A stretch of DNA of 22,152 bases from NCBI GenBank assembly GCA_046761065.1, contig JBHIFL010000065.1:1-22152 (forward strand), given 5' to 3'. Origin of the DNA: Candidatus Heimdallarchaeota archaeon (GTDB lineage: Archaea > Asgardarchaeota > Wukongarchaeia > Wukongarchaeales > JBHIFL01). Below the pieces are notes generated by a model that ran no database searches, was not told where the DNA came from, and saw only the letters and a list, made by a program, of their open reading frames with translations. The position numbers and the translations under genes were made by a program. Below are positions 9,305 through 18,416 of this stretch, piece after piece (position 1 is the stretch's first letter; the number at the start of each line of letters is the position of its first letter).

Positions 9305-10462
9305 TCAAAAACCCCAGTCTCTCGAGATACGGAACCCTTTCATTAATTGGTAGAACGCGGCGAGGCGACTCCAAGTACTGGGATGACGAAAACATCTCCC
9401 CAGAAGGATTAATTTGTCACTAGAACTGAACCGAAATTCTCGTGTGTTTATGAGAACCCCAAGTCGAGCGAGGTCGGAATTATTGAAATAATGGTAAAGT
9501 AATTCATGAGATTGAAGCAGATCCTGCGAAACTATTGGCAACTCTTGTATTTTCTGTTCATAATGTGCGAGTTTCCAAGCTGAGTAATCTTCTTCTTCTA
9601 ATGCCTCAACAGCGGTTTCTCCTGCCAGTGATCCAGTCAACATGGCAGTGCCTATCCCACCAAAAAAAATTGGATTGGTAAAGCCTCCTGCGTCACCTGC
9701 AACCATAAAATTGTCCGTAAAGCATTGTTGCACTGGCCCCCCTGAAGGAATTATTCCTGCAATAAGTTGGTCAATTTTTCCGTTAAGATTCCGCATTTTC
9801 CTGAATTTATCTAACCGTTCTCGGGGATTCTTTCCACCACTAAGGCAAATCCCTACGTTAGCAATCCTCTCCCCCTTATTGAAAACCCACCCATAGCCGT
9901 GGGGAGTAATACTGAAATCAAAGTAAAATTGAAATCCTTCAACTTCAACCCCTTTAACACGATATTCTACCCCTTGAATAATCTCATTAGGAGGAGCAAG
10001 CTTCATTTGACGCATCATTCTAGAAGAAGGACCATCGGCAGCAATTACTATCTTTGCAAGGGTTTTTATTCCTTGGGATGTTGTTGCTTCTATACCATAG
10101 CTTGTTCGGGCTAAATATTTTACGGGTGTATTTGTGTGAAGATACGCTCCTTCATCTTGTGCGATGTCAATCAATTTCCTGTCAAAGACGGGTCTATTAA
10201 TCGATAAGGCATTGATTCGAATATAACCGTAATACCCTCCTGCAAAGTTTAAATATTGGATCTCGATAGGTTGACCCTCTTTAGGAGCCCACGGAAACCG
10301 ATTGAGCATAGGTTGACTCATTCCTTCACCACAAGCAAGCGGGAAGCCTACAATTGGGTGTTCCTCAAAAACCTGAACAGTAAATCCAGCTCCTGCTACT
10401 TTTTTTGCTGCAGAACTCCCTGCTGGTCCTGCTCCAACAACCAACACATCTGTTTTTTGCAA
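9305..10462 (-). CDS. Geranylgeranyl reductase family FAD oxidoreductase (DGGGPL reductase-like)
   Basis: DVLVVGAGPAGS, ACGEG, IAADG, PHGYGWVF, GDAGGFTNPIFFGGI. Confidence 0.88.
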   Translation of the reverse strand: MQKTDVLVVGAGPAGSSAAKKVAGAGFTVQVFEEHPIVGFPLACGEGMSQPMLNRFPWAPKEGQPIEIQYLNFAGGYYGYIRINALSINRPVFDRKLIDIAQDEGAYLHTNTPVKYLARTSYGIEATTSQGIKTLAKIVIAADGPSSRMMRQMKLAPPNEIIQGVEYRVKGVEVEGFQFYFDFSITPHGYGWVFNKGERIANVGICLSGGKNPRERLDKFRKMRNLNGKIDQLIAGIIPSGGPVQQCFTDNFMVAGDAGGFTNPIFFGGIGTAMLTGSLAGETAVEALEEEDYSAWKLAHYEQKIQELPIVSQDLLQSHELLYHYFNNSDLARLGVLINTREFRFSSSDKLILLGRCFRHPSTWSRLAAFYQLMKGFRISRDWGF

Positions 10463-10691
10463 AAAATTCTTCTCCTAGTTAAGCTTCGTTTCGACTTCTT
10501 TTTTCGAACCTCGCATATTTTCTTAGGGTAAGCTCGAAGTTAAGTTTATAATTCAATGATCCCTGTATAAAATCCATCATTAGACCGGTTCATTACAACG
10601 AGATGAAAGTTACTCTCGACACATCTCTTCAATTACAATGAGTTAAATAGGATTTCTGTCTTATATGTGCAAATAGCATTGAATACTATTA

Positions 10692-11453
10692 ATGGCGATC
10701 TTCATGATTGGTACCAGAATCACTAGATGCCTTGCAAGCCATTTCGAAACGCAATTTGAAGGTTTATTTAAAATAACAATCATAGGCTCAACTGGTTCTG
10801 GGAAAACTACTTTATTGAAGACAATCGTTGATTTTTCATCTAAGGGTATTGAGCAACCACGTCAACATTTCCTCGAAGAGAAACATGATCTCAGCTATAC
10901 ACTGGTAGATCGTGCTCTTCGGAAGAAGGAAGCCTTCACTACGGTTTCATTCAATGCTGTAGGGACCATAATTGTACAGACGACTTTCAATACTATTGAA
11001 TTTCATCCTATGGAAGACCATACAAACCTCTATACGCGGACAGACATTGCAACGCTCTGGGCTATTCTCTTTTATGATACCGCCGGCCAAATACGCTTTG
11101 ATTTCATGCCCGAAATCTGCGTCCGGGGAGCAGACGGTGTTATGGTGTTTGCCGATGGGTCTTCAACAACTAGTATCGAAAGAATTCGCCATTATTTGGA
11201 TCTTGTAGAAGAAGAAGAAGTCCGTACCAATAAGAAAATCCCAATTTGTATCTTTGTCAATAAAGCCGATCTCCGGGAAAAAGGCCTTTTTATTGGTGCT
11301 CCATATGCAAAAATGGTTGTCGGACCAAAATATGCGGATTATATTTATGAAACGATTGGAATCACGGGTGAAGGGGTCGAAGAACCATTCCGAGAGTTGC
11401 TTCATGCCCTGATTCAGGAAAAAAAGATGAAAAGTCTTTCAAATCGTTCTTGA
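10692..11453 (+). CDS. Small GTPase of the Ras superfamily (MglA/Rup-like) with long insertions
   Basis: G1 GSTGSGKT, G2-like TTV, G3 DTAGQ(IRFDFM), G4 NKAD, degenerate G5 ETIG, then TGEGV. Start codon uncertain. Confidence 0.88.
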   Translation: MAIFMIGTRITRCLASHFETQFEGLFKITIIGSTGSGKTTLLKTIVDFSSKGIEQPRQHFLEEKHDLSYTLVDRALRKKEAFTTVSFNAVGTIIVQTTFNTIEFHPMEDHTNLYTRTDIATLWAILFYDTAGQIRFDFMPEICVRGADGVMVFADGSSTTSIERIRHYLDLVEEEEVRTNKKIPICIFVNKADLREKGLFIGAPYAKMVVGPKYADYIYETIGITGEGVEEPFRELLHALIQEKKMKSLSNRS

Positions 11454-11525
11454 GGACTTTAAGCTGCTAGTTCTCAAAGAAGCATGAATCGACCATTTCC
11501 AGAATAGTAGGATTGATTATGGGGT

Positions 11526-12272
11526 TTGATATACGTGATAGAGCCAGAGGCATTATTGGCGGCGCTTGCCACCCTTACCAAGTTAGTTCAAACTAATCCA
11601 GATGAAGCCTTTAAAAGAGTAAAAACTGATCTTACTTATGGGTTAATTGCCTTCAAACCGCAGGAAACATTGAAAATTACCGGAAACGTTCAATTATATG
11701 TAAAAAGACTTGAAACTGCTCAACAGGATATTCTTCAAGGGACCATAGACATGGCTCGCCTTAATTATACTGAAGGGTTTATCTTAGCCAGTCTAGTCTC
11801 GTTTTATAGACAGTGGAACATGGATGCTGATCTCGAAGGAGAGTTACCAGCAGTTTTAATGCGGCTCGAGGATCTGATGCGAAGCACAGAAAACGAATTT
11901 ATTCGCAAAAGTAGTCGCAATGCTATACGTGATATGCAGGAAATGGAAACATACCTTTATGAGCGATCTGAATTTTTTTATCCCTTCCTAATACGCTACT
12001 ATTCTTCCGGTTTTAACCCTGAATATATATTAGATCTACTTTCAAAAAACGAACTCTCGGAATCCAAGATAATTGGATTCCTCTTGGCGATTTACCGTAA
12101 TAATCGCTATCTTCGGAGTAAACTTCAGGAATTAGTCGGGGCAGATCAGCTATCTCCAACCCTGTTGAAAATCTTGGAGGGCCTTGAGAAATTCTCTGAA
12201 CGAGCAAACCGAAAAGATTTACGGGATCTCGCAGCCCATTTTGTTAGAATCGAACTTAAAAAACAAAATTAA
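11526..12272 (+). CDS. Hypothetical protein, apparently all-alpha-helical
   Basis: 248-aa ORF with a TTG start that fills the gap; rich in L/E/R amphipathic segments; no family motif recognised. Confidence 0.8.
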   Translation: MIYVIEPEALLAALATLTKLVQTNPDEAFKRVKTDLTYGLIAFKPQETLKITGNVQLYVKRLETAQQDILQGTIDMARLNYTEGFILASLVSFYRQWNMDADLEGELPAVLMRLEDLMRSTENEFIRKSSRNAIRDMQEMETYLYERSEFFYPFLIRYYSSGFNPEYILDLLSKNELSESKIIGFLLAIYRNNRYLRSKLQELVGADQLSPTLLKILEGLEKFSERANRKDLRDLAAHFVRIELKKQN

Positions 12273-12368
12273 TTCTAACTCCGGTACAACTTTAGCCCTT
12301 AGCTTTCCTTCTCCTTTCTTAGAGTGATTCATATACGAGTCTTAAGCCTGATTTCTCCCAGCAAGTCA

Positions 12369-13697
12369 TTAAATCTCGCAGGGACCATGCCAAGGTTCCA
12401 CCAACTTCTCAGGTTTATGTATTTTTTCCCGCCCAATTCTTTGGGGGGGTTTGGATAAATGCCGCACTGAACGAGGAGGTGGATAATATGTACCTTCTAC
12501 TATATTTCTCGCTTTTGTTTGGCAGATTTTTGTTGTGTTTCGCAACTTTCTTCCACAATTGCACTTGTAACCCTTCCCCTTTCCTGCACTTTTCATACGC
12601 TTTCCACATTCCAGACAAACTGGATTCAGGTAGTCTACGTGCGGAACTAATTCTAAAATGGTTAATTTTTCCAAGTTGAGTGTCATAGGGTTGTGAATCG
12701 TTGGAGGCCTTGTCCCTCCATATACTCTTACTTTGTCTCTAACGAGTAATGCTCGAACCACGTTCCTAAGCTTCCCTGAGGGTTCATACGCCGCACATGG
12801 AATCGTTCCACTTAAATCTTCAAGATCGAAAAACACATGACCTCCTGGAATAGTTCGCGGAGGTGTAGCGACTTTCCCTCTCAATATAACCGGAATATGA
12901 GGTTTAAGATCGGCTATTTGCTGCTCATGGGTGAAATGAGCATCTGTTCCTTGATTCGTTCGGAATATTACCCAACATGCAATCGGTTCATTTACTAATA
13001 TCTGGTTATGTGCGTTATATACAATTTGTGGATTCTCTCCTCGAATCCCATAGAGCACCGGATCCGGCCCATGCGGAGTGATAAGCGATTTTTGCGCTTC
13101 TTCATCCACATTGTTAAAGGTTAGAGGGTGTGTTTTTCGGTTCATGGAGAAGACTGAATTAACATCTACCCTCCGGGGAGTTGCCCAATATTCATTAGAC
13201 CGGAATGCTAAAAGTTCATAAGTATGGTCTCTTTCAAGGGGGTTCCCAAGGGCAGCTAACGCCCCAATTAACCCACGCCCATTTCCCCAAAGGAAATAAT
13301 GCATGTCGTGTTTTTCAGCAAGTTGCTTCGCTGTTTTTATTGTGCATACCGCTGTTAAGGCCGATCGGGAGAACGTGCGTATATCGTTAGCAATTGATTG
13401 GGAATAGACCACTAACCCCGGATTCGTATTTTTAAAGGGTTTCTCATAATAGTCATCGATTGTATATTGTGCTAGCTCTAACACTTTTTCTTCAGTTATA
13501 CTCTGACTTTTAAGCCGTAAACACACAGCTCCATTTCCTCGGGTCTTAAATGGGATATTGGGGTTTAATCGAATTAAATTGGGGTAGTCAACAAACTCTG
13601 CTCCAACCTCTAAAAGGGTCGCAACCAATTTGGCTGCCACATATGTTGTACACCCGCCTTCTAACGAGTCTGTATCATCGAATGCACAACATATCAT
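12369..13697 (-). CDS. tiaS: tRNA(Ile2) 2-agmatinylcytidine synthetase
   Basis: DDTDSLEGGCTTY, P.LIRLNPNIPFKTRGNGAV, GRGLIGALAA, PHGPDPVLYGIRG, TNQGTDAH, GGHVFF OB-fold, Zn ribbon CLECG..MKSAG..GYKC.CG, RHLSKP. Start ATG 13697 or 13712. Confidence 0.96.
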   Translation of the reverse strand: MICCAFDDTDSLEGGCTTYVAAKLVATLLEVGAEFVDYPNLIRLNPNIPFKTRGNGAVCLRLKSQSITEEKVLELAQYTIDDYYEKPFKNTNPGLVVYSQSIANDIRTFSRSALTAVCTIKTAKQLAEKHDMHYFLWGNGRGLIGALAALGNPLERDHTYELLAFRSNEYWATPRRVDVNSVFSMNRKTHPLTFNNVDEEAQKSLITPHGPDPVLYGIRGENPQIVYNAHNQILVNEPIACWVIFRTNQGTDAHFTHEQQIADLKPHIPVILRGKVATPPRTIPGGHVFFDLEDLSGTIPCAAYEPSGKLRNVVRALLVRDKVRVYGGTRPPTIHNPMTLNLEKLTILELVPHVDYLNPVCLECGKRMKSAGKGKGYKCNCGRKLRNTTKICQTKARNIVEGTYYPPPRSVRHLSKPPQRIGREKIHKPEKLVEPWHGPCEI

Positions 13698-13920
13698 CGG
13701 TAACACCCTCATCGTTTGGTTTTTTTGGCATACTCATTGGATCTATTTGCTTTGTGAAGAAGAATGCCCCATAACGCCCTTACACTTACTTGATGGTGTC
13801 TATGGGGCGATCTCTGAATCTTCCTTTTTTTATTTTAATTATCAAAAGACCCTCATGCGAAACAGTGAAGTCTTTCTATTTTCTTCACGAGTACTATATA
13901 TACAATAACTTGGTGATTAG

Positions 13921-14892
13921 ATGAATGCTGAAGACTCTTCTAGGGTAGTTGGACACATAAAAATCCGAGAACAAATGCGGATCGGGGATTTAATCCAGCA
14001 ATTTGACCAATCTGGTGCCTTTGGTGCCGGATGCTTGGCCGAAGCAGCGACTATTTACAATCAAATGCTAACTGATCCCACCACTACAGTGATTACCACT
14101 TTGGCAGGCGCTATGGTTCCTGGCGGCATGCGTCGCATCCTCCGGGATATGCTAACCTTAAAATATACCGATGTTCTAATCACAACCGGAGCAAACTTAA
14201 CCCACGACTTAATTGAGGCGTTTGGCTACCACCATCATCGAAAACCTCCCTCTACCTCGGATGTCTGCTTAAGAGAGCAAGGTATTAGTCGTATACATAA
14301 TGTTTACGTAACGAATCAGGCATTTATCCTCTTGGAAGAACGACTCCAGCAACTTTTTGATGAGATTGCTCCCTCACAATCGGCGATGATCCCCCCCAAC
14401 CGACTTCTCAGAGAATTAGGGCTCCGGATCAACGATCCCAATTCGATTATTGCTACTGCAGCAAAAAGAGGAATCCCGATCTTCTGTCCTGCGATTACTG
14501 ATTCGATATTAGGTCTTCAATTGATGCTTTACGCGGAAACGCATCCTATTTCGCTCGATCCTCTTGCTGACCTTAAGGAACTAATCCACATCGCGTTCGA
14601 GGCGGAAACTACTGGTGTTTTGATTATTGGCGGCGGTGTTCCTAAAAATTATGCCTTGCAAAGCGCCCTGATAACTGGTAAAGGATTCCGTTATGCGGTA
14701 CAACTGACTACTGATCATCCAGAGGCGGGAGGGCTCAGTGGTGCCACACTCAATGAAGCTCAAAGTTGGGGCAAACTCGATCCAAAGGCACAGTTTGCGT
14801 CTGTTATTGCCGATGCAACCATTACCCTCCCCCTTCTCCTCGCATTTATTTTAGAGCAAAATAAGGGCCGGGTACGGGATATCTTTGAATAA
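13921..14892 (+). CDS. dys: Deoxyhypusine synthase family protein
   Basis: GAMVPGGMR, TGANLTHDLIEA, PIFCPAITDS, GGGVPKNY, GGLSGATLNEAQSWGK (catalytic Lys present), DATI.LPL. Confidence 0.93.
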   Translation: MNAEDSSRVVGHIKIREQMRIGDLIQQFDQSGAFGAGCLAEAATIYNQMLTDPTTTVITTLAGAMVPGGMRRILRDMLTLKYTDVLITTGANLTHDLIEAFGYHHHRKPPSTSDVCLREQGISRIHNVYVTNQAFILLEERLQQLFDEIAPSQSAMIPPNRLLRELGLRINDPNSIIATAAKRGIPIFCPAITDSILGLQLMLYAETHPISLDPLADLKELIHIAFEAETTGVLIIGGGVPKNYALQSALITGKGFRYAVQLTTDHPEAGGLSGATLNEAQSWGKLDPKAQFASVIADATITLPLLLAFILEQNKGRVRDIFE

Positions 14893-14996
14893 AAATTGGC
14901 AAATAGTGTATCTGCTTTTCCTTACGATCTGAATCATGCATCGTACCGACTCTGAGCAATCGATTGAGCATAAAAATGCTGCTAAGTTCGATATAT

Positions 14997-15004
14997 AAGA
15001 CTTT
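14997..15004 (+). repeat. 8-bp target-site duplication, left copy (AAGACTTT)
   Basis: Identical to 16390-16397 and abuts IRL. Confidence 0.9.
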
Positions 15005-16389
15005 CTATGATTTTGCATAAAACTTCAGTGGACTGATCACCATTTTTTTAGAGCCGCCGACGAAAATAGGGAGACACCGAATTGCTCAAGTGATGAACTA
15101 TGTTATCAACTCGATGTCTCCTCAGGAATGAAGTCTTCTTTTTTAAAATGTTTTCCGGTGTTCACATCTTCCGCAAGCTTGGATTCCGAGTCCTCGAGAG
15201 CCCCATCACCGCTTTCCACGCGGATAAGTACAAGAAACACTACAAGACCTCCTCCGAGATCCTTACGGTCGTGAACATGAGCATAGAGAATGCCGATTCC
15301 CTCAAGGACATGATTGACGCCCTCAATGCCGATTCCCTCCTGCGTCAGGCCTTCGGCTATATCACCCCGGTCCAGCAGTCCCAACTCTCCCGGGATCTGC
15401 GGCAATGGGACTTGCGGATGTTCCACCAGATTTTACAGGCCCTATTGAAGCTAGCCAAGGCACACCAGCACTTCAAAGGCTTGAAACACGCGAAGTTGAT
15501 CCGAGATCTCGCCGCCTGGGACTTGACCTTCATTTTAGGCAAGCAGGTGGTGGCTCTCGACTCCACCTTCAAAATCCTGAACCCGGACACCTATCCCACG
15601 GTGGAATATGGCTACTGCACCCTGACCGGATGCAAAGAACCCGGCCTCAAGGCCCATCTCGCCCACCACGTCACAGCAGACACTCCAATTGGGCTGGAAG
15701 TGACTCCCGGCAACGTCCACGACTCCACGCAATTCACAGCCCTGTTCAGCTGGGTAACCCGAGTGCTGGATCCAAAGGAGGTCATTCTGACCTATGACAA
15801 GGCGTATTACAAGATAGCCTGGTTTGACGAGCTGTGTGAGGCGGGATACTGGTTCGTGACCCCCCCTTGAAGAAGAATAGTCTGAATCAAGCTCAGATTT
15901 TAAGCGTTGAAGAGTGCTCTCAGAACAATATTCGGATAACAGACCGGGAAATACGGCTTAATACCGGGACCCACAACCTGCGGGCGGTGCACCTGGCCAA
16001 CCAGACCACCGGCGAGGAGTTCCGCCTCCTGACCAATGTCATGGAATGCGAGGCGGAGACGCTCCAAAGGCTGTATAAGGCCCGTTGGCAGATAGAAATC
16101 CTGTTCCGGGCGGTGAAGCAATGTTTCGGACTAAAAACAAAACGGCCAATCGGCCGGTCATTGAATGCCGTCATGATCCCGATCTTCTGTACGATCATAG
16201 CGTACTTAGTGCTCAGTATCTACCGGAGGATGGTGTGCGGGGGGATGACGGTGTTCGAACTAAAGAGACAGATTAAATACGCGCGCCAAAGCTCATGCCA
16301 CGCATGTGACGCGGGAGAATGGGGGAGGAGGTGTCGAGAGGTGAACTTCGCCCCAAAGGAGGTGAATAAATTTTAATGCAAAATCAAAG
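15005..16389 (+). mobile_element. IS4-family insertion sequence, 1385 bp, with intact ends
   Basis: IRL CTATGATTTTGCATAAAA (15005-15022) matches the reverse complement of IRR, CTTTGATTTTGCATTAAA (16372-16389), at 16/18. Direct repeat AAGACTTT at 14997-15004 and 16390-16397. Visibly more GC-rich than the flanks. Confidence 0.93.
15100..16376 (+). pseudogene. IS4-family DDE transposase split by a frameshift at a C7 run (ORFs 15100-15870 and 15867-16376)
   Basis: N-part has a DUF4372-like ADKYKKHY...SLKD segment, ALDST (D1) and TYDKAY (D2). C-part has RLLTN and Y-x2-R-W-x-I-E-x6-K (YREK). The junction FVTPP*/LKKN puts the second ORF in the -1 frame. Confidence 0.85.
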
Positions 16390-16397
16390 AAGACTTT
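16390..16397 (+). repeat. 8-bp target-site duplication, right copy (AAGACTTT)
   Basis: Identical to 14997-15004 and abuts IRR. Confidence 0.9.
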
Positions 16398-16404
16398 ATG
16401 AAAA

Positions 16405-16412
16405 TTTATAAA
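16405..16412 (+). promoter_or_regulatory. Putative TATA box of the ABC operon
   Basis: TTTATAAA preceded by purine-rich GAAAA (BRE-like), about 40 nt upstream of ATG 16452. Confidence 0.55.
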
Positions 16413-16451
16413 GGTCTTTCCGGATACTACAGAAGGTTGGGGATAAATTTT

Positions 16452-17381
16452 ATGTCTCAGTCTGCTCTACGGGTTTCAAACCTGACGAAGTTCTATGGGA
16501 ATTTTAAAGCTTTGGATTCTGTTTCTTTTTCGGTAGAGGCGGGATGGATCTATGGTTACCTTGGACCAAATGGGGCAGGAAAGACGACCACTATCCGGAC
16601 GATGTTAGGCCTACTTCGACCCGATGAAGGTGAAGTGCAGATCACAGGGGTTAACCCGTATAAAAATCCGGTGCAGACTCTTCAGATCGTTGGTTATGCC
16701 CCGGAACTTCCCAATCTGCAGACCTTCTTCAATGGCGAGCAGCTACTCGATTTTACTGGTAAGATTTTTGGGCTATCGCATAAGGTCAGGAGGGATAGGG
16801 TTAAACAACTCCTACAACTCGTGGGTCTAAAGGATGTTAAGAAGAAGATCGGAAAGTACAGTAAAGGTATGGTTCAGAGGCTCTCCATCGCCCAATCCCT
16901 CATTAACAACCCTACCATCCTCATTATGGACGAACCCACAATTGGGATGGATCCAGAGGCCACCGCCCACTTCAGGGATCTTATAACAAACTTCCCAAAA
17001 GAAGGGAAGACGGTATTTATCTCATCCCATCTCCTCGGTGAGGTTCAGAGGATCTGTACCCATGTAGGAGTAATCGACAAGGGCAAAATCATCGTCGACG
17101 GTCCAATATCACGGGTACTGGAAGCCTTCACCCAACAGTGGGTCGTGGAGGCTGAGTTGAAACAGGTAACCCCAGAGATCATCACCCACCTTCAACAGCT
17201 CAGTTATGTACAGAATGTCCAGACTTTGGGGAACAAGCTCCTCATTGAGCTTAATGAGAAGAAGGACTTTCGGGGTGAGATATCCTCTGAGATCGTAAAA
17301 CACAAAGGCGTTCTGCTGAGCTTGAACCTCCACAGGATCACACTTGAGGAGGCTTATCTACGGGCCTTGAGGGGAGGTTGA
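16452..17381 (+). CDS. ABC-2/DrrA-type transporter ATP-binding protein
   Basis: Walker A GPNGAGKTT, signature YSKGMVQR, Walker B ILIMDEPT, H-loop SSHLLGEV. ATG 16452 is preferred to 16398, whose 5' extension covers the TATA box. Confidence 0.95.
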   Translation: MSQSALRVSNLTKFYGNFKALDSVSFSVEAGWIYGYLGPNGAGKTTTIRTMLGLLRPDEGEVQITGVNPYKNPVQTLQIVGYAPELPNLQTFFNGEQLLDFTGKIFGLSHKVRRDRVKQLLQLVGLKDVKKKIGKYSKGMVQRLSIAQSLINNPTILIMDEPTIGMDPEATAHFRDLITNFPKEGKTVFISSHLLGEVQRICTHVGVIDKGKIIVDGPISRVLEAFTQQWVVEAELKQVTPEIITHLQQLSYVQNVQTLGNKLLIELNEKKDFRGEISSEIVKHKGVLLSLNLHRITLEEAYLRALRGG

Positions 17382-18250
17382 TACCAGTGCACTTCCTTCA
17401 GAGGTCTGCTAACCTCATAGTTTATGAAGTTCGGAGGGCGTTGGCAAAGAAAAAGATCTATGTCTTGTTGATTTTGGCATTCGCGCTTCAAATAGGCATC
17501 TATACGTTGTTCAAATACGTATTCACCAATCCTCCCCCTGAAGTTACCATTACTGGGCCTCCCCTGGAAGAGTTTAAAGGGACTATGTGGCTTCTCGGTG
17601 TGTTGGGTGGTTCTCAAGGTTTATTCATTCCTATTATCGCCATAATCATCGCTGGTGGATCTATGTCTGAAGAATACGAACACGGAACCGCTGACATTCT
17701 GCTTTCAAAACCTGTTACGAGGATAGAATATGTGACCGGCAAGTATTTGGGCGGTTTATCGTTTTTAAGCCTTATAATCGCTCTGATCACCGGTTTGGGC
17801 GTTGCCTTGGCCTACGGACTTTTCGGCCCGCAGGATTCCCTTCATCTTGTTCCTGTTGTGTACATGGCCCTAGTCTACGCAAACCTCCTCTTCTTCTCAC
17901 TGGCCTTCATGTTCAGCGAGATCATCAGAAGCACCACATCCGCCATTATGGCCGCTATCGGCATATTCATCGGCTCCATAGCGGTCGGCAGCTACCTTTC
18001 CGTGCTATACGCCATGACACAACAACAGCTTTACTTGAATATTAGCAGATGGCTTCCATACTGGACCACCTCAAACTTTCCTAGCTTCGTGATCTCAGAG
18101 CTCATGACTACTCCAAGCAGCCCCTTCGTGTCGGTACAAAGTGGAAACCTTCAACTAGCTGCCACAATTATTGCGGTTTACACCACTGCCTCCATCTTAA
18201 TAGCCACATTCAAACTAATCAGATCTGATATTACAAAGAAACCTGATTAA
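17378..18250 (+). CDS. ABC-2 type transporter permease
   Basis: About six hydrophobic segments; SEEYEHGT..ILLSKPVTR..Y..GKYLG motif; TTGA overlap with the ATPase stop. Confidence 0.92.
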   Translation: MIPVHFLQRSANLIVYEVRRALAKKKIYVLLILAFALQIGIYTLFKYVFTNPPPEVTITGPPLEEFKGTMWLLGVLGGSQGLFIPIIAIIIAGGSMSEEYEHGTADILLSKPVTRIEYVTGKYLGGLSFLSLIIALITGLGVALAYGLFGPQDSLHLVPVVYMALVYANLLFFSLAFMFSEIIRSTTSAIMAAIGIFIGSIAVGSYLSVLYAMTQQQLYLNISRWLPYWTTSNFPSFVISELMTTPSSPFVSVQSGNLQLAATIIAVYTTASILIATFKLIRSDITKKPD

Positions 18251-18416
18251 CTGCCCCTTCTTTCTCTAACACAAAATTTCTTAGCGTCTCTCGACATTTG
18301 GTGGAATCTAAGATTTTCTAGGGCAAAGGTCCTATCGTCACGACCTCAGAAAGCCATTAGATCTCTTTAGAATAAAAAAAGTAACAAGAAAGGACATCTC
18401 TTGGTTAATATAAATA

